Source of the DNA: Escherichia coli
Lineage (GTDB): Bacteria > Pseudomonadota > Gammaproteobacteria > Enterobacterales > Enterobacteriaceae
DNA length: 64,000 nucleotides
Direction: 5' to 3' (one strand)
Assembly: GCF_013122565.1 (NCBI RefSeq)
Contig: NZ_CP053258.1
The translations under genes were made by a program, and so were the position numbers. The notes beneath the pieces are model-generated. The model had not been told where the DNA came from. It was given only the letters and a program-made list of their open reading frames with translations, and did not search any database. Shown piece by piece: positions 11,582 through 22,050 of this stretch. How positions within the stretch are numbered: position 1 is the first letter of the stretch; each line of letters opens with the position of its first letter.

Positions 11582-11725
11582 GTGAAAAAGTTTCGATGGG
11601 TCGTTCTGGTTGTCGTGGTGTTGGCTTGCTTGCTGCTTTGGGCGCAGGTATTCAACATGATGTGCGATCAGGATGTACAATTTTTCAGCGGAATTTGTGC
11701 CATTAACCAGTTTATCCCGTGGTGA
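11582..11725 (+). CDS. mgrB: PhoQ-inhibiting small membrane protein MgrB (47 aa)
   Basis: Read directly from DNA; below the track cutoff. GGAG-N6-GTG, then [46 protein letters not shown]-stop, which matches MgrB as I recall it. GTTTA motifs lie upstream (11527, 11546). Confidence 0.92.
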
Positions 11726-11799
11726 TATCATTTTTTCAGCACTAGATTTTCTTCCTCTCCAGCAATGGTAGAATAGCGCCTCTACTCAGAGGTGGTGAA

Positions 11800-12087
11800 A
11801 TGAACGAAGTTGTAAATTCAGGCGTGATGAGCATTGCGTCTTTGGTTGTATCGGTGGTGGTTCTTCTTATCGGGCTCATCTTGTGGTTTTTTATCAATCG
11901 TGCCAGTTCACGGACTAACGAACAGATTGAACTGCTTGAGGCGTTGCTGGATCAGCAAAAACGTCAAAATGCACTGTTACGTCGTTTGTGCGAAGCAAAC
12001 GAACCTGAGAAAGCAGATAAAAAGGCCGTTGAGAGTCAAAAATCGGTTGAAGACGAAGATATTATTCGTCTGGTCGCCGAACGATAA
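11800..12087 (+). CDS. yebO: Small single-TM protein YebO
   Basis: ORF track, 95 aa (MNEVVNSGVMSIASLVVSVVVLLIGLILWFF...). Recognised as YebO. Confidence 0.85.
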   Translation: MNEVVNSGVMSIASLVVSVVVLLIGLILWFFINRASSRTNEQIELLEALLDQQKRQNALLRRLCEANEPEKADKKAVESQKSVEDEDIIRLVAER

Positions 12088-12101
12088 TCCTTCCTCAATC
12101 T

Positions 12102-12131
12102 TGAGTAACCCCGTCGTTGCAGGGTTACTCA
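12102..12131 (+). terminator. Hairpin downstream of yebO
   Basis: 10-bp stem tgagtaaccc/gggttactca with a 10-nt loop, 15 nt after the yebO stop. No clear T-run. Confidence 0.35.
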
Positions 12132-12754
12132 ATTCGTCCTGATTATACGCACTGTCATGGTGCAATTGCTTCAAATTAAAACTCTGGTCTGACTTCAAAT
12201 AATTATCATATTATTTATCTGCGTAACGGGATACCAGAAAAAATATTTACCCTATTAATTTATTAGGATGTTTACATCGGATTTTTGATTAAGCGTGGTA
12301 TTATTTATTAGCGAAACGTTTCTCTCTTGATTTTTTTACTCATTCATCAATTTTTCTTATTTTAAATTTACAATACCTTTGGGATTGACTTCTCTTTGGG
12401 GTAATTGATAGCCGTTAACTGCCTGTTTTATGAGAAAAAGTAATATAACTTTTTATTCATTGCATAGCAGAAAATGTGATATTGCACGCACTATGTAATA
12501 ACTTCTCCCACTGGCCTGGAACAACTGAACTTATTGAACTATGTTAGAAAATACGCCAGTTTAAGTATCTGTCTGAACTGGCAAGGTTAAGCACAATGAT
12601 ATATCGGCGCGTATTCCGTTGCATAAGTGTGCAAAAAAAGTGGAAGACGTATCGAGATTTGTGCGTCTGATCGAGACATGTTTAAAAATGGCTTGCCATA
12701 ATTAACGTTGTATGTGATAACAGATTTCGGGTTAAACGAGGTACAGTTCTGTTT

Positions 12755-12898
12755 ATGTGTGGCATTTTCAGTAAAGAAGTCCTGAGTAAACACGTTGACG
12801 TTGAATACCGCTTCTCTGCCGAGCCTTATATTGGTGCCTCATGCAGTAATGTGTCAGTTTTATCTATGTTATGCCTGCGGGCGAAGAAAACAATCTAA
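12755..12898 (+). CDS. yobF: Small protein YobF (47 aa), upstream of and co-oriented with cspC
   Basis: Read directly from DNA: ATG 12755, [47 protein letters not shown], stop at 12896-12898. Matches YobF. Below the track cutoff. Confidence 0.85.
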
Positions 12899-12910
12899 GG
12901 AATTTTTCAA

Positions 12911-13120
12911 ATGGCAAAGATTAAAGGTCAGGTTAAGTGGTTCAACGAGTCTAAAGGTTTTGGCTTCATTACTCCGGCTGATGGCAGCAAAGACGTGTTC
13001 GTACACTTCTCTGCTATCCAGGGTAATGGCTTCAAAACTCTGGCTGAAGGTCAGAACGTTGAGTTCGAAATTCAGGACGGCCAGAAAGGTCCGGCAGCTG
13101 TTAACGTAACAGCTATCTGA
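12911..13120 (+). CDS. cspC: Cold-shock-domain protein CspC
   Basis: ORF track, 69 aa ([37 protein letters not shown]...). RNP1/RNP2 CSD motifs. Recognised. Confidence 0.97.
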
Positions 13121-13165
13121 TCGAATCCACTGATCTGAAGTGTGAATACGCTTCAATCTCGCTAT

Positions 13166-13197
13166 AAAGCCTCGTCGAATGCGAGGCTTTTTACTTT
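13166..13197 (+). terminator. cspC rho-independent terminator
   Basis: Stem aaagcctcg/cgaggcttt with a 7-nt loop and a T-rich tail. Confidence 0.75.
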
Positions 13198-13285
13198 GCT
13201 TTATCTTCGCTCCAGTCGTTCGGATATTTGCCCGCCGCGTGATTCGCGTTACACTTGCGGCCTTTAGTATCCTGCCGGAGTTGTC

Positions 13286-14095
13286 ATGTCGTTTTCCTGT
13301 CCACTTTGCCATCAGCCTCTTTCGCGTGAAAAAAACAGCTATATCTGTCCCCAGCGACATCAGTTTGATATGGCGAAAGAAGGGTATGTCAATCTGCTGC
13401 CCGTTCAGCATAAACGGTCTCGTGATCCGGGCGACAGCGCGGAAATGATGCAAGCACGCCGCGCATTCTTAGATGCCGGACATTATCAGCCGCTGCGTGA
13501 TGCAATTGTCGCCCAACTGCGGGAACGGCTTGATGATAAGGCCACGGCGGTGCTGGATATTGGCTGTGGTGAAGGGTATTACACACACGCATTTGCCGAT
13601 GCGTTGCCCGAAATCACCACCTTTGGCCTGGATGTCTCGAAGGTAGCGATAAAAGCGGCGGCGAAACGCTATCCGCAGGTCACTTTTTGTGTCGCTTCCA
13701 GCCACCGTTTGCCGTTTTCCGATACCAGTATGGACGCCATAATACGTATTTACGCGCCGTGTAAAGCAGAAGAATTAGCGCGAGTAGTGAAGCCCGGCGG
13801 TTGGGTCATTACTGCCACGCCGGGACCGCGACATTTGATGGAGCTGAAGGGGCTGATTTACAATGAAGTACATCTTCATGCACCTCATGCAGAACAACTG
13901 GAAGGTTTTACATTACAGCAGAGTGATGAGTTGTGTTATCCGATGCGTCTTCGCGGTGATGAAGCCGTCGCATTATTGCAGATGACGCCGTTTGCCTGGC
14001 GTGCGAAGCCAGAAGTCTGGCAAACACTGGCAGCAAAAGAAGTGTTCGACTGCCAGACGGACTTTAATATTCACCTCTGGCAGCGTTCTTATTAA
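13286..14095 (+). CDS. rlmA: 23S rRNA m1G745 methyltransferase RlmA (RrmA)
   Basis: ORF track, 269 aa. N-terminal Cys4 zinc motif (CPLCH...CPQRH) and SAM-binding motif DIGCGEGYY. Recognised. Confidence 0.95.
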
Positions 14096-14658
14096 CCGTG
14101 GAAGTGCGTCCAGAGGATCTGGACGCCGATGCCGATCAGCACCAGCCCGCCGAGAATTTCCGCTTTTTTCCCAATAATTGAGCCGATAAAGCGACCAACC
14201 ATCATCCCTAATGTCGACATAATCAAGGTTGCACAACCAATGGCCAATGCGGTCGCGATAATGTTGACCTGAAGGAAAGCAAGACCAACACCCACAGCCA
14301 TGGCATCCAGGCTGGTGGCAATCGCGGTGGTTACCAGTAGCCAGAAACCGTGTCGACGGCGCGGTTCTTCATCTTCATCATCTGCGCCACGAAACCCCTC
14401 AATAATCATTCGCCCGCCGAGAAATATCAGCAGAACAAACGCAATCCAGTGGTTCCATTCAAGGACAAATCGGCTGGCTAACATGCCCATTCCCCAGCCG
14501 ATCAGCGGCGTCAGGGTTTCGACGGCACCAAAAATAAGGCCGGTTCGCAATGCTTCAGAAAATTTCGGTTTATGGAGGGTGGCACCTTTACCGATTGATG
14601 CAGCAAATGCATCCATCGACATACCAAACGCAAGAAGAACAGTAGCAGTGATATTCAT
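14092..14658 (-). CDS. mntP: Manganese efflux pump MntP (YebN)
   Basis: ORF track 14092..14901 (269 aa). Start trimmed to ATG 14658 ([25 protein letters not shown]...), giving 188 aa. The in-frame upstream part is the riboswitch leader. The 3' end overlaps the rlmA stop by 4 nt. Confidence 0.93.
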
Positions 14659-14664
14659 GACAAC

Positions 14665-14890
14665 GTCCTGACCGGGGTATCCATAAAACACATCATCGCC
14701 CCCAGCAAACATGCATACATGAACAACAAGCCGCGATGGGTTTTCGCGTTCATGCAGGCATAGCGATTGATGTGCATATGGTCTCGCCTGACTGAAAGTC
14801 TTCAGTCCGTACGTGCCACGTTTTGCAACGAGTATGTTGACACGTACATTTCCGGAATCTGGAAATTGGCTACTCCCCAAATGAGGGCGC
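14665..14890 (-). promoter_or_regulatory. yybP-ykoY Mn2+ riboswitch in the mntP 5' leader
   Basis: The minus strand carries the conserved UUGGGGAGUAGCC element (rc of 14868-14880) at the 5' end of a leader of about 220 nt ahead of mntP. E. coli mntP is an established yybP-ykoY riboswitch locus. Boundaries are approximate. Confidence 0.75.
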
Positions 14891-15022
14891 AACCTTAACA
14901 TATTTTGAGAATATAAAACAACTGTTGGAATATATTATTTTATTGCTTTGTTGATAACGATTTTCATTTAGATTTATATATCAATGAAACGTTAAAATAA
15001 ATAACAAATAAGGGAAGAGGTA

Positions 15023-15070
15023 ATATAGCCTAAGCTATGTCTGATTATTAAAAACACACTAAACATAGCT
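15023..15070. promoter_or_regulatory. MntR operator half-sites upstream of the mntP promoter
   Basis: ATATAGC-ctaa-GCTATGT palindrome (15023-15040) plus AAACATAGC (15061-15069). These resemble the MntR box AAACATAGC-N4-GCTATGTTT known from mntH and mntP. Confidence 0.5.
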
Positions 15071-15087
15071 TTGGGTAAATTCATAAG

Positions 15088-15546
15088 TTATTGAGTTGAT
15101 ACGAGAAGCTTATAAAATTTTTCCAGATCGTCGATATTTCGAACGCGGATTAACAGCCGACGCTGTTCTAATTGCATCACCAACACGCCATCTTCCGACA
15201 AGTTTATCGCTTTGATTCGGCTATATTCAATCCAGACATTGGCGAAGAAAAAACCTTTTTGGTTAAAGATGATCTTCGGAACGCGGATCCAGAATATATA
15301 AAAACCCATCAGAGCCAGTGCGCTTAATAACCATGTCGTTATTAACGCACCATGATTCGTGACGTTGTTATAGATAAGAATGACAATCAATCCGACGAAG
15401 ATAACGCTATCGATGCGACCACGCCGGAGCAAAGGAATTGCCAGCAGGGTGGGGCCGTTACGGCGGGGCATGATGAACTGATCGTAGATCGCGAAGGCCA
15501 GGAGTGCGGCGATGAAAAGAATTAGTACCAGGTCCGTGATTGTCAT
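15088..15546 (-). CDS. yobD: Inner membrane protein YobD (DUF986)
   Basis: ORF track, 152 aa ([29 protein letters not shown]...). Recognised as YobD. Confidence 0.88.
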   Translation of the reverse strand: MTITDLVLILFIAALLAFAIYDQFIMPRRNGPTLLAIPLLRRGRIDSVIFVGLIVILIYNNVTNHGALITTWLLSALALMGFYIFWIRVPKIIFNQKGFFFANVWIEYSRIKAINLSEDGVLVMQLEQRRLLIRVRNIDDLEKFYKLLVSTQ

Positions 15547-15559
15547 TAATCCTCCAGAT

Positions 15560-15584
15560 AAAAAAACGGGGCCAAAAGGCCCCG
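15560..15584 (-). terminator. manXYZ operon terminator
   Basis: Minus strand: ccggggcc-tttt-ggccccg followed by U7, 16 nt after the manZ stop. Confidence 0.8.
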
Positions 15585-15600
15585 GTAGTGTACAACAGTC

Positions 15601-16452
15601 TTACAGTCCCAGCAGGCCGCAAGCGTAACCAGCGATACCGATGACGAAGAAGCCAACGATGATCCACAGCGGGTTAACTTTTTTGCGCAACAGCCACATA
15701 CAAGCAAATGTCAGCAGCAGTGGCACAAGGCCTGGCATTAACTGGTCCAGAATAGTCTGGACGGTAGTAACGTGTTCTTTGCCCGTCTGGTCAGTAATGC
15801 GAGAGACAACCAGCGGGATGTTGACATGTGTCCACTTGTTAACTAATGCCCCCATGACAAACAGGCCGAGGATAGACGCCCCTTCCGTCAGTTTTTGCAG
15901 GAAGCCACCACCCATATCTTTAACGATATCGATACCTTTGGAGTAACCATACGCTACGCCGTAGTAACGGGTTGCCAGACGCACCAGGTTAAACAGGATG
16001 AAGAACAGCAGCGGACCTAACAGGCTGCCGCTCATCGCGATACCGGCACCCAGCGCTGCAAATACCGGACGTACGGTTCCCCAGAAGATCGGGTCGCCTA
16101 CGCCAGCCAGCGGCCCCATCAAACCGACTTTGATACCGTTGATAGCACCGTCATCGATCTCTGCGCCATTAGCACGCTGTTCTTCCAGCGCCAGGGTTAC
16201 GCCGAGAATCGGCGCAGCCACGAACGGCTGGGTGTTAAAGAACTCCAGGTGACGGCGAATAGCTTGTTTACGAGCTTCGTTGTTCTCAGGGTAGAGGCGA
16301 CGAATTGCCGGTACCATAGAGAAGCAGAAACCCAGTGCCTGCATACGTTCGAAGTTCCATGAACCCTGGAAGAGGTTAGAACGCAGGAAGACGCCACGAA
16401 TATCACTTTGAGTGAGTTTTTTCTCGGTGGTAGTTTGAGTTGTATCAACCAT
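15601..16452 (-). CDS. manZ: Mannose PTS EIID component ManZ
   Basis: ORF track 15601..16461 starts at a GTG. I prefer ATG 16452 (MVDTTQTTTEKKL..., 283 aa), which has AGGUGA 5 nt upstream. Recognised as ManZ. Confidence 0.93.
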   Translation of the reverse strand: MVDTTQTTTEKKLTQSDIRGVFLRSNLFQGSWNFERMQALGFCFSMVPAIRRLYPENNEARKQAIRRHLEFFNTQPFVAAPILGVTLALEEQRANGAEIDDGAINGIKVGLMGPLAGVGDPIFWGTVRPVFAALGAGIAMSGSLLGPLLFFILFNLVRLATRYYGVAYGYSKGIDIVKDMGGGFLQKLTEGASILGLFVMGALVNKWTHVNIPLVVSRITDQTGKEHVTTVQTILDQLMPGLVPLLLTFACMWLLRKKVNPLWIIVGFFVIGIAGYACGLLGL

Positions 16453-16464
16453 TTCGCTCACCTG

Positions 16465-17265
16465 TTAGTCCAGTTCGTTATCGAGATCGTTGTTACCAGC
16501 AGCCTGAGCAGGCGCACCGGCTACGCGGTTGTATTTCGGGCTAAGTTGGATGTAGAGCACTGCCATAACAGTACCAATCACACCCAGAGCAACCAGGTTA
16601 AAGTTGGTGAATGCTGCGGTTACGAAGCCGAGGTAGAAGAACGGCATCAGGTAGCCAGCACGCATCATGTTGATAACCATCGCATAACCAACCACCACGA
16701 TCATGCCACCGGCGATATTCAGACCATTGGTCACCACTTCCGGAATCGCATTCAGCATGTTCTGTACTTCGCTTGTACCAACAGACAGCGCAACGATGAC
16801 GGCCGGAATAGCCACACGCATTGCTTGCAGGAGCAGAGAAGAAACGTGGATCCAGGAAATCGCTGTCAGGTTGCCGTTATCAGCAGCCTTATCCGCAGCG
16901 TGCTGGAAAGCAACGGTGATAGTACGAACGATGATGGTCAGTACCTGGCCCGCAGCGGCCAGAGGGATTGCCAGTGCAATACCTGCACCAATGCTCTGAT
17001 GACCTGCGATAACCAGAATGGTAGAAATGATAGATGCCAGAGCGGCGTCAGGCGCAACTGCAGCACCGATGTTCATCCAGCCCAGCGCGATCATTTCCAG
17101 CGTACCACCGATAATAATACCGGTTTTCATATCCCCAAGAACGATACCCACCAGGGTACACGCGATTAGCGGACGGTGAAACTGAAATTCATCGAGGATT
17201 GATCCCATACCTGCGATACAGGCTACGATAAATACCAGCACAATTTGAAGAGTGGTAATCTCCAT
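16465..17265 (-). CDS. manY: Mannose PTS EIIC component ManY
   Basis: ORF track, 266 aa (MEITTLQIVLVFIVACIAGMGSILDEFQFHRP...). Recognised. Confidence 0.96.
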   Translation of the reverse strand: MEITTLQIVLVFIVACIAGMGSILDEFQFHRPLIACTLVGIVLGDMKTGIIIGGTLEMIALGWMNIGAAVAPDAALASIISTILVIAGHQSIGAGIALAIPLAAAGQVLTIIVRTITVAFQHAADKAADNGNLTAISWIHVSSLLLQAMRVAIPAVIVALSVGTSEVQNMLNAIPEVVTNGLNIAGGMIVVVGYAMVINMMRAGYLMPFFYLGFVTAAFTNFNLVALGVIGTVMAVLYIQLSPKYNRVAGAPAQAAGNNDLDNELD

Positions 17266-17327
17266 TGTACTTCTCCTGTTTACGTAAGACTAAAGTGTGA
17301 AAACTGAGTGATAATCAACACAATACG

Positions 17328-18299
17328 TTACTTATCGATTTTGCTGATCAGATCCATCATTTTCAGTTTCGGATCGGTGGAAACCTTACGGACTTCCAGC
17401 TCAATACCGCGCGCATTCAGTTTCTTGAACGCCTCGATATCTTTTTCATCAACCGAAACCGCGTTATTCACCTGGGTTTTACCCTGACGGAATGCCATAC
17501 CACCAACGTTAACAGAGGTGATTTTCACGCCGCCTTCAACGAGACGCTCTACATCTGTTGGGTTGGTAAATAACAGCATTACACGTTCGCCAGCATATTT
17601 CGGGTTGTTGTAGACGCGAATCATTTTGGCAACATCAACTACGTGTGCTGTTACGCCCGGAGGTGCAACCTGGGTGAGCAGTGTCTTACGAACGGTATCC
17701 GCAGCCACTTCATCACTAACAACAATAATACGGGAGACATTGGTTTCTTTAGTCCAGCGGGTGGCGACCTGACCGTGAATCAGACGGTCGTCGATACGCG
17801 CAAGGCCAATAACCATGTAGTCGTTTGGCCCCATTGGTTTTGCCGGAGTTGGAGCCGCTTTTGGTGCTGCCGCAGCGGGTGCTGGCGCGGCCTTTTCAAC
17901 CGGTTTGGCTTTCAGTGCTTTCACGCCTTCACGGCCTGTTTCTACTGCCAGCGCAACCAGTTCATCAAAGCTTGGGTCATCATCACGGGCCATTAACGTT
18001 TCCACGAGCATTGGAATGTTAACGCCTGCAATGACTTCATAATGCTCTTTGTCGACGACAATGCGGCTGGCAGCATTGAACGGGCTGCCTCCCCATGTAT
18101 CAACGAGAAACAGCACGCCTTTAGTGGTGTCGAGTTTTGCCAACTGAGCGTTGTACTTTTCAATCAGCGTTTCGGCATTTTCACCTGGAACGAAATCGAT
18201 CCAGCCAACGTTTTCCTGCTCGCCTAACAGCATTTCTGCCGTTTTAAGCAACTGCTCTGCAGCCCAACCATGTGTGCCTATAACAATAGCAATGGTCAC
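17328..18299 (-). CDS. manX: Mannose PTS EIIAB component ManX
   Basis: ORF track, 323 aa. EIIA and EIIB domains joined by an Ala/Pro hinge (KAAPAPAAAAPKAAPTPAKP). Recognised. Confidence 0.96.
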   Translation of the reverse strand: MTIAIVIGTHGWAAEQLLKTAEMLLGEQENVGWIDFVPGENAETLIEKYNAQLAKLDTTKGVLFLVDTWGGSPFNAASRIVVDKEHYEVIAGVNIPMLVETLMARDDDPSFDELVALAVETGREGVKALKAKPVEKAAPAPAAAAPKAAPTPAKPMGPNDYMVIGLARIDDRLIHGQVATRWTKETNVSRIIVVSDEVAADTVRKTLLTQVAPPGVTAHVVDVAKMIRVYNNPKYAGERVMLLFTNPTDVERLVEGGVKITSVNVGGMAFRQGKTQVNNAVSVDEKDIEAFKKLNARGIELEVRKVSTDPKLKMMDLISKIDK

Positions 18300-18415
18300 T
18301 TGCTACCTCCTTTATTATCGTTAACACCTCAACGTGCCAGATGTATTTTTGAATCGTCGTCCACAATCGAATCGATTCAGATAAGGGCTACAACCAAAAA
18401 CCCCTGCGTTTCGCG

Positions 18416-18446
18416 ATTTATTTTAGATATCGAAAAAATTATTTTA
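18416..18446. promoter_or_regulatory. Candidate Mlc/NagC-type operator in the manX promoter region
   Basis: AT-rich palindrome atttatttta-gatatc-gaaaaaattatttta, about 120-150 bp upstream of the manX ATG. manXYZ is a known Mlc/CRP target. Assigned from motif shape only. Confidence 0.35.
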
Positions 18447-18761
18447 TGTGATGAAGATCCGTAATTTAACTTTCGATTAGCAGAAATTTCGAAAGGTAAA
18501 ATATCCTTGTCACATTCGTTTGCAAAGGAAGGTAAATCTTTGCCAAATCAGAGGCGTCTCTGATATGTTTAACTCCCGTTTAACAACCATGGAGTATAGG
18601 GCAGTAGCCCGCAGTATGGATCGTCACCGACGTCATTTCAGCATCAGGCCTTTTAACGCCTGCCTTTCTGGCACTCTATGCCGCACCTTTCGTTTGCATT
18701 TTGTCGTTACGCCTGCATTATTTCTGGCGTCGAATAGCTATTCCTTAAGCAGGAGCTTGTC

Positions 18762-20318
18762 ATGGAATTCTTAATGGACCCCTCAATTTGGGCGGGGCTA
18801 CTCACGCTTGTTGTTCTCGAAATTGTGCTGGGTATCGATAACCTGGTCTTCATCGCCATTCTTGCTGACAAACTGCCGCCAAAACAACGCGATAAAGCGC
18901 GTTTGCTGGGGTTATCACTGGCGCTGATTATGCGTCTGGGACTGCTGTCGCTGATTTCATGGATGGTCACGCTGACCAAACCGCTATTTACCGTCATGGA
19001 TTTCTCCTTCTCCGGACGCGACCTGATTATGTTGTTCGGGGGGATATTCTTGCTGTTCAAAGCAACAACCGAACTGCATGAACGGCTGGAAAACCGCGAT
19101 CATGATTCCGGCCACGGTAAAGGCTACGCCAGTTTCTGGGTGGTCGTCACACAGATTGTCATCCTTGACGCCGTCTTCTCGTTGGATGCGGTAATTACTG
19201 CAGTAGGGATGGTTAACCATCTGCCGGTGATGATGGCGGCGGTAGTGATTGCGATGGCGGTTATGTTGCTGGCATCCAAACCGCTGACGCGATTCGTTAA
19301 CCAGCACCCCACGGTGGTGGTGCTCTGTCTGAGCTTCCTGTTAATGATTGGTCTGAGTCTGGTGGCAGAAGGTTTCGGTTTCCACATTCCGAAAGGTTAC
19401 CTGTATGCCGCGATTGGCTTCTCGATCATCATCGAAGTGTTTAACCAGATTGCGCGTCGCAACTTTATTCGTCACCAGTCGACTTTGCCGCTGCGAGCGC
19501 GTACTGCCGATGCCATCCTGCGTTTGATGGGCGGGAAACGTCAGGCCAATGTTCAGCACGATGCCGATAACCCGATGCCGATGCCGATCCCGGAAGGTGC
19601 ATTTGCCGAAGAAGAACGTTACATGATTAACGGCGTACTGACGCTGGCGTCGCGTTCTCTGCGCGGGATCATGACGCCGCGCGGTGAAATAAGCTGGGTT
19701 GACGCTAATCTCGGGGTCGATGAAATCCGCGAGCAGCTGCTCTCCTCACCGCACAGCCTGTTCCCGGTATGTCGCGGTGAACTGGATGAAATCATCGGAA
19801 TCGTACGTGCTAAAGAACTGCTGGTGGCGCTGGAAGAGGGCGTTGATGTGGCGGCGATTGCTTCGGCGTCTCCGGCGATTATCGTCCCGGAAACCCTCGA
19901 TCCGATCAACCTGTTGGGCGTGCTGCGTCGTGCTCGCGGGAGCTTTGTTATCGTGACCAACGAGTTTGGTGTGGTACAAGGTCTGGTCACGCCGCTGGAT
20001 GTGCTGGAAGCCATTGCGGGTGAATTCCCGGACGCTGACGAAACGCCGGAAATCATTACTGATGGTGACGGCTGGCTGGTAAAAGGCGGTACAGATTTGC
20101 ATGCCTTGCAGCAGGCGCTTGATGTTGAGCACCTTGCCGATGACGATGATATCGCGACGGTCGCGGGCCTCGTGATCTCGGCAAATGGTCACATTCCCCG
20201 TGTGGGCGATGTGATTGATGTAGGGCCACTGCATATCACCATCATTGAAGCCAATGATTATCGTGTTGATCTGGTTCGCATTGTTAAAGAGCAACCGGCG
20301 CACGATGAAGATGAGTAA
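18762..20318 (+). CDS. yoaE: TerC-family membrane protein with CBS pair and CorC/HlyC C-terminal domain, YoaE
   Basis: ORF track, 518 aa ([34 protein letters not shown]...). Recognised as YoaE. Confidence 0.93.
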
Positions 20319-20321
20319 GCG

Positions 20322-21920
20322 TTAACGTAACGGCATAATGGGTGTGATATGTCCATTATGCCGGGCGGGCGGCGGTTGGCTGCCCGCCAGCCATTTGGGA
20401 AAATCACGTAGTGGCATCGGCTGTGCGTACAAATACCCTTGCAAAATATGCACGCCATGACGGCGCAAATATTTCGCCTGTTCTTGCGTTTCCACACCCT
20501 CCGCCACCAGTTCAATATTCAGTCTTTGCCCCAGTGCGATGATGATATCGGTCACCGTCGAGTTAACCGCGTCAGAACCTATAGCTGCGGTAAATGACTT
20601 ATCAATTTTCAGCACGTCAGGACGTAATGTTTCAAGCCAGGAAAATGAACTGTTGCCGGTGCCGAAGTCATCAATCGCCAGTTTGACGTTTTTACGATGT
20701 AGCTCGCGGGCAATCCGATAATCAACATCCAGTAAGGCATCGCGTTCGGTGATTTCGAGGATCAGTTGCTGAATCGGGTGAGCGCTAAACCAGTACTGAT
20801 TGAGATCTTTTATCAGCACACCACGGCGAAAATGGCTGGGTGCGACGTTAATACCAACATGAAACTGACTACTCATCGGGAAAACATGGCGCTGACGAAT
20901 GGTTTCTGCCATCACATAGCGGGTCAGTGGCACAATTAAATGATGTTCTTCCGCGATAGGAATAAACACATCCGGCGAAATCCAGCCCTGACGCGGATTG
21001 TTCCAGCGCAGCAAAATCTCTACACCAATACATTGTTGGCTGCGCGCATTAAGCAAAGGCTGACAGAACAATTCGAACTCATGTTGCGCCAGGCCCAGAT
21101 TGATTTCGCGGGAAAAGCTCATCCGGTAAGCGGTCGCCAGCCAGGCGATGTAGCCCACCAGTAAACTTAGCAGCACCGCCAGCGGTAATTGTGTTGGAAG
21201 ATAGTGCCATGCCAGCGCCGTAGCCCCCGGACCATTAACGTTAATGGTAAAAGGAAAGCGTTGCGAAGAAACCTGATAGTTTTCATTGTCTTCAGGTTGC
21301 GGAAGGGAATCTACCAGCCCATTACCATAGAGCAAATGCCGATTGTCCACCGTCAGGCTGGCGCTACTGATTTGCGGCAGTTGTGGCTCAAGGAGCATTG
21401 TCGTCAGTAAGTCGATGTTAATCATCTCCATGACCCCAGCATTGCTACTGCCCGTTGCAGGCGTCCATTGAATCAAAACCGGACTGCCTTTAATCAGGGC
21501 ACGGTCGGTTGTCAGTCGTAAAAGTGGTTGCGGTGCAGGAAGTTCAGCCAGAATGTCCACGACGGGCACATTGCGATAACCAAAAATGCTGGAGCAATAG
21601 AGTGTGCCGTCTTGCACCAGGCCAATGGATCGCACAGTTTGGAGTTTTGCCGCCTGTTTACGTAATGGCAAATGGGCGACAGAGCAGGGCAGACCAATCA
21701 GCGGAAGCAAGACTTCGCTACCTGCCTGTAGGGGAAGCAGTACTTTATCTAATTCTTCTACAGCGTGATTGGCGAATTGTACTACTCGTTGTTGATTTAA
21801 GTTACGCTGTGAAATAAATCGCACGCTCAGGGTCGAAGCGAGCGTAACGAGTGCGCAAATCGTACAAACAATCATTCGATTACGGCGATAGGTTTTAATG
21901 ATCCGTTGTGCTTTTTGCAT
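20322..21920 (-). CDS. pdeD: c-di-GMP phosphodiesterase PdeD (YoaD), CSS-motif sensor plus EAL domain
   Basis: ORF track 20322..21950. Start trimmed to ATG 21920 (MQKAQRIIKTYRRNRMIV...), giving 532 aa. EAL signature (LILEITER...DDFGTG). Recognised. Confidence 0.9.
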   Translation of the reverse strand: MQKAQRIIKTYRRNRMIVCTICALVTLASTLSVRFISQRNLNQQRVVQFANHAVEELDKVLLPLQAGSEVLLPLIGLPCSVAHLPLRKQAAKLQTVRSIGLVQDGTLYCSSIFGYRNVPVVDILAELPAPQPLLRLTTDRALIKGSPVLIQWTPATGSSNAGVMEMINIDLLTTMLLEPQLPQISSASLTVDNRHLLYGNGLVDSLPQPEDNENYQVSSQRFPFTINVNGPGATALAWHYLPTQLPLAVLLSLLVGYIAWLATAYRMSFSREINLGLAQHEFELFCQPLLNARSQQCIGVEILLRWNNPRQGWISPDVFIPIAEEHHLIVPLTRYVMAETIRQRHVFPMSSQFHVGINVAPSHFRRGVLIKDLNQYWFSAHPIQQLILEITERDALLDVDYRIARELHRKNVKLAIDDFGTGNSSFSWLETLRPDVLKIDKSFTAAIGSDAVNSTVTDIIIALGQRLNIELVAEGVETQEQAKYLRRHGVHILQGYLYAQPMPLRDFPKWLAGSQPPPARHNGHITPIMPLR

Positions 21921-22009
21921 GCGGGCCACCCTGTAAGCGTATGGCGACAAACGCCTGACGCAACAGTGGAAGTGTAGTGGGGAAAATTACAGCAGACGAG
22001 AAAGCGGGG

Positions 22010-22040
22010 ATAAATTCGCCCATCCGTTGCAGATGGGCGA
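22010..22040 (-). terminator. sdaA terminator hairpin
   Basis: 9-bp stem tcgcccatc/gatgggcga, 10 nt after the sdaA stop, with an A/U-rich tail on the minus strand. Confidence 0.5.
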
Positions 22041-22050
22041 GTAAGAAGTA

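Noticed and set aside
12430-12671. Short ORFs in the yebO-yobF spacer (22 codons from ATG 12430; 24 codons from ATG 12597), and a 22-codon ORF at 26300 in the yoaC-yoaB spacer.
   Set aside because: No Shine-Dalgarno at a sensible distance, and I do not recognise the peptides. Short ORFs like these are expected by chance in AT-rich DNA.
12869-13453. The 194-aa minus-strand ORF spanning cspC and the start of rlmA.
   Set aside because: It is antisense to two confidently identified genes and crosses their intergenic terminator. It shows no recognisable similarity to any family.
14659-14901. The 81-codon in-frame N-terminal extension of mntP in the ORF track, and similar upstream extensions of letB, prc, yebQ, pdeD, dgcP, dgcJ, sppA, topB, fadD, yeaE and others.
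   Set aside because: The extensions start at the first possible start codon of an open frame. Known protein N-termini, signal peptides and SD spacing support the internal starts. For mntP the extension is the riboswitch leader.
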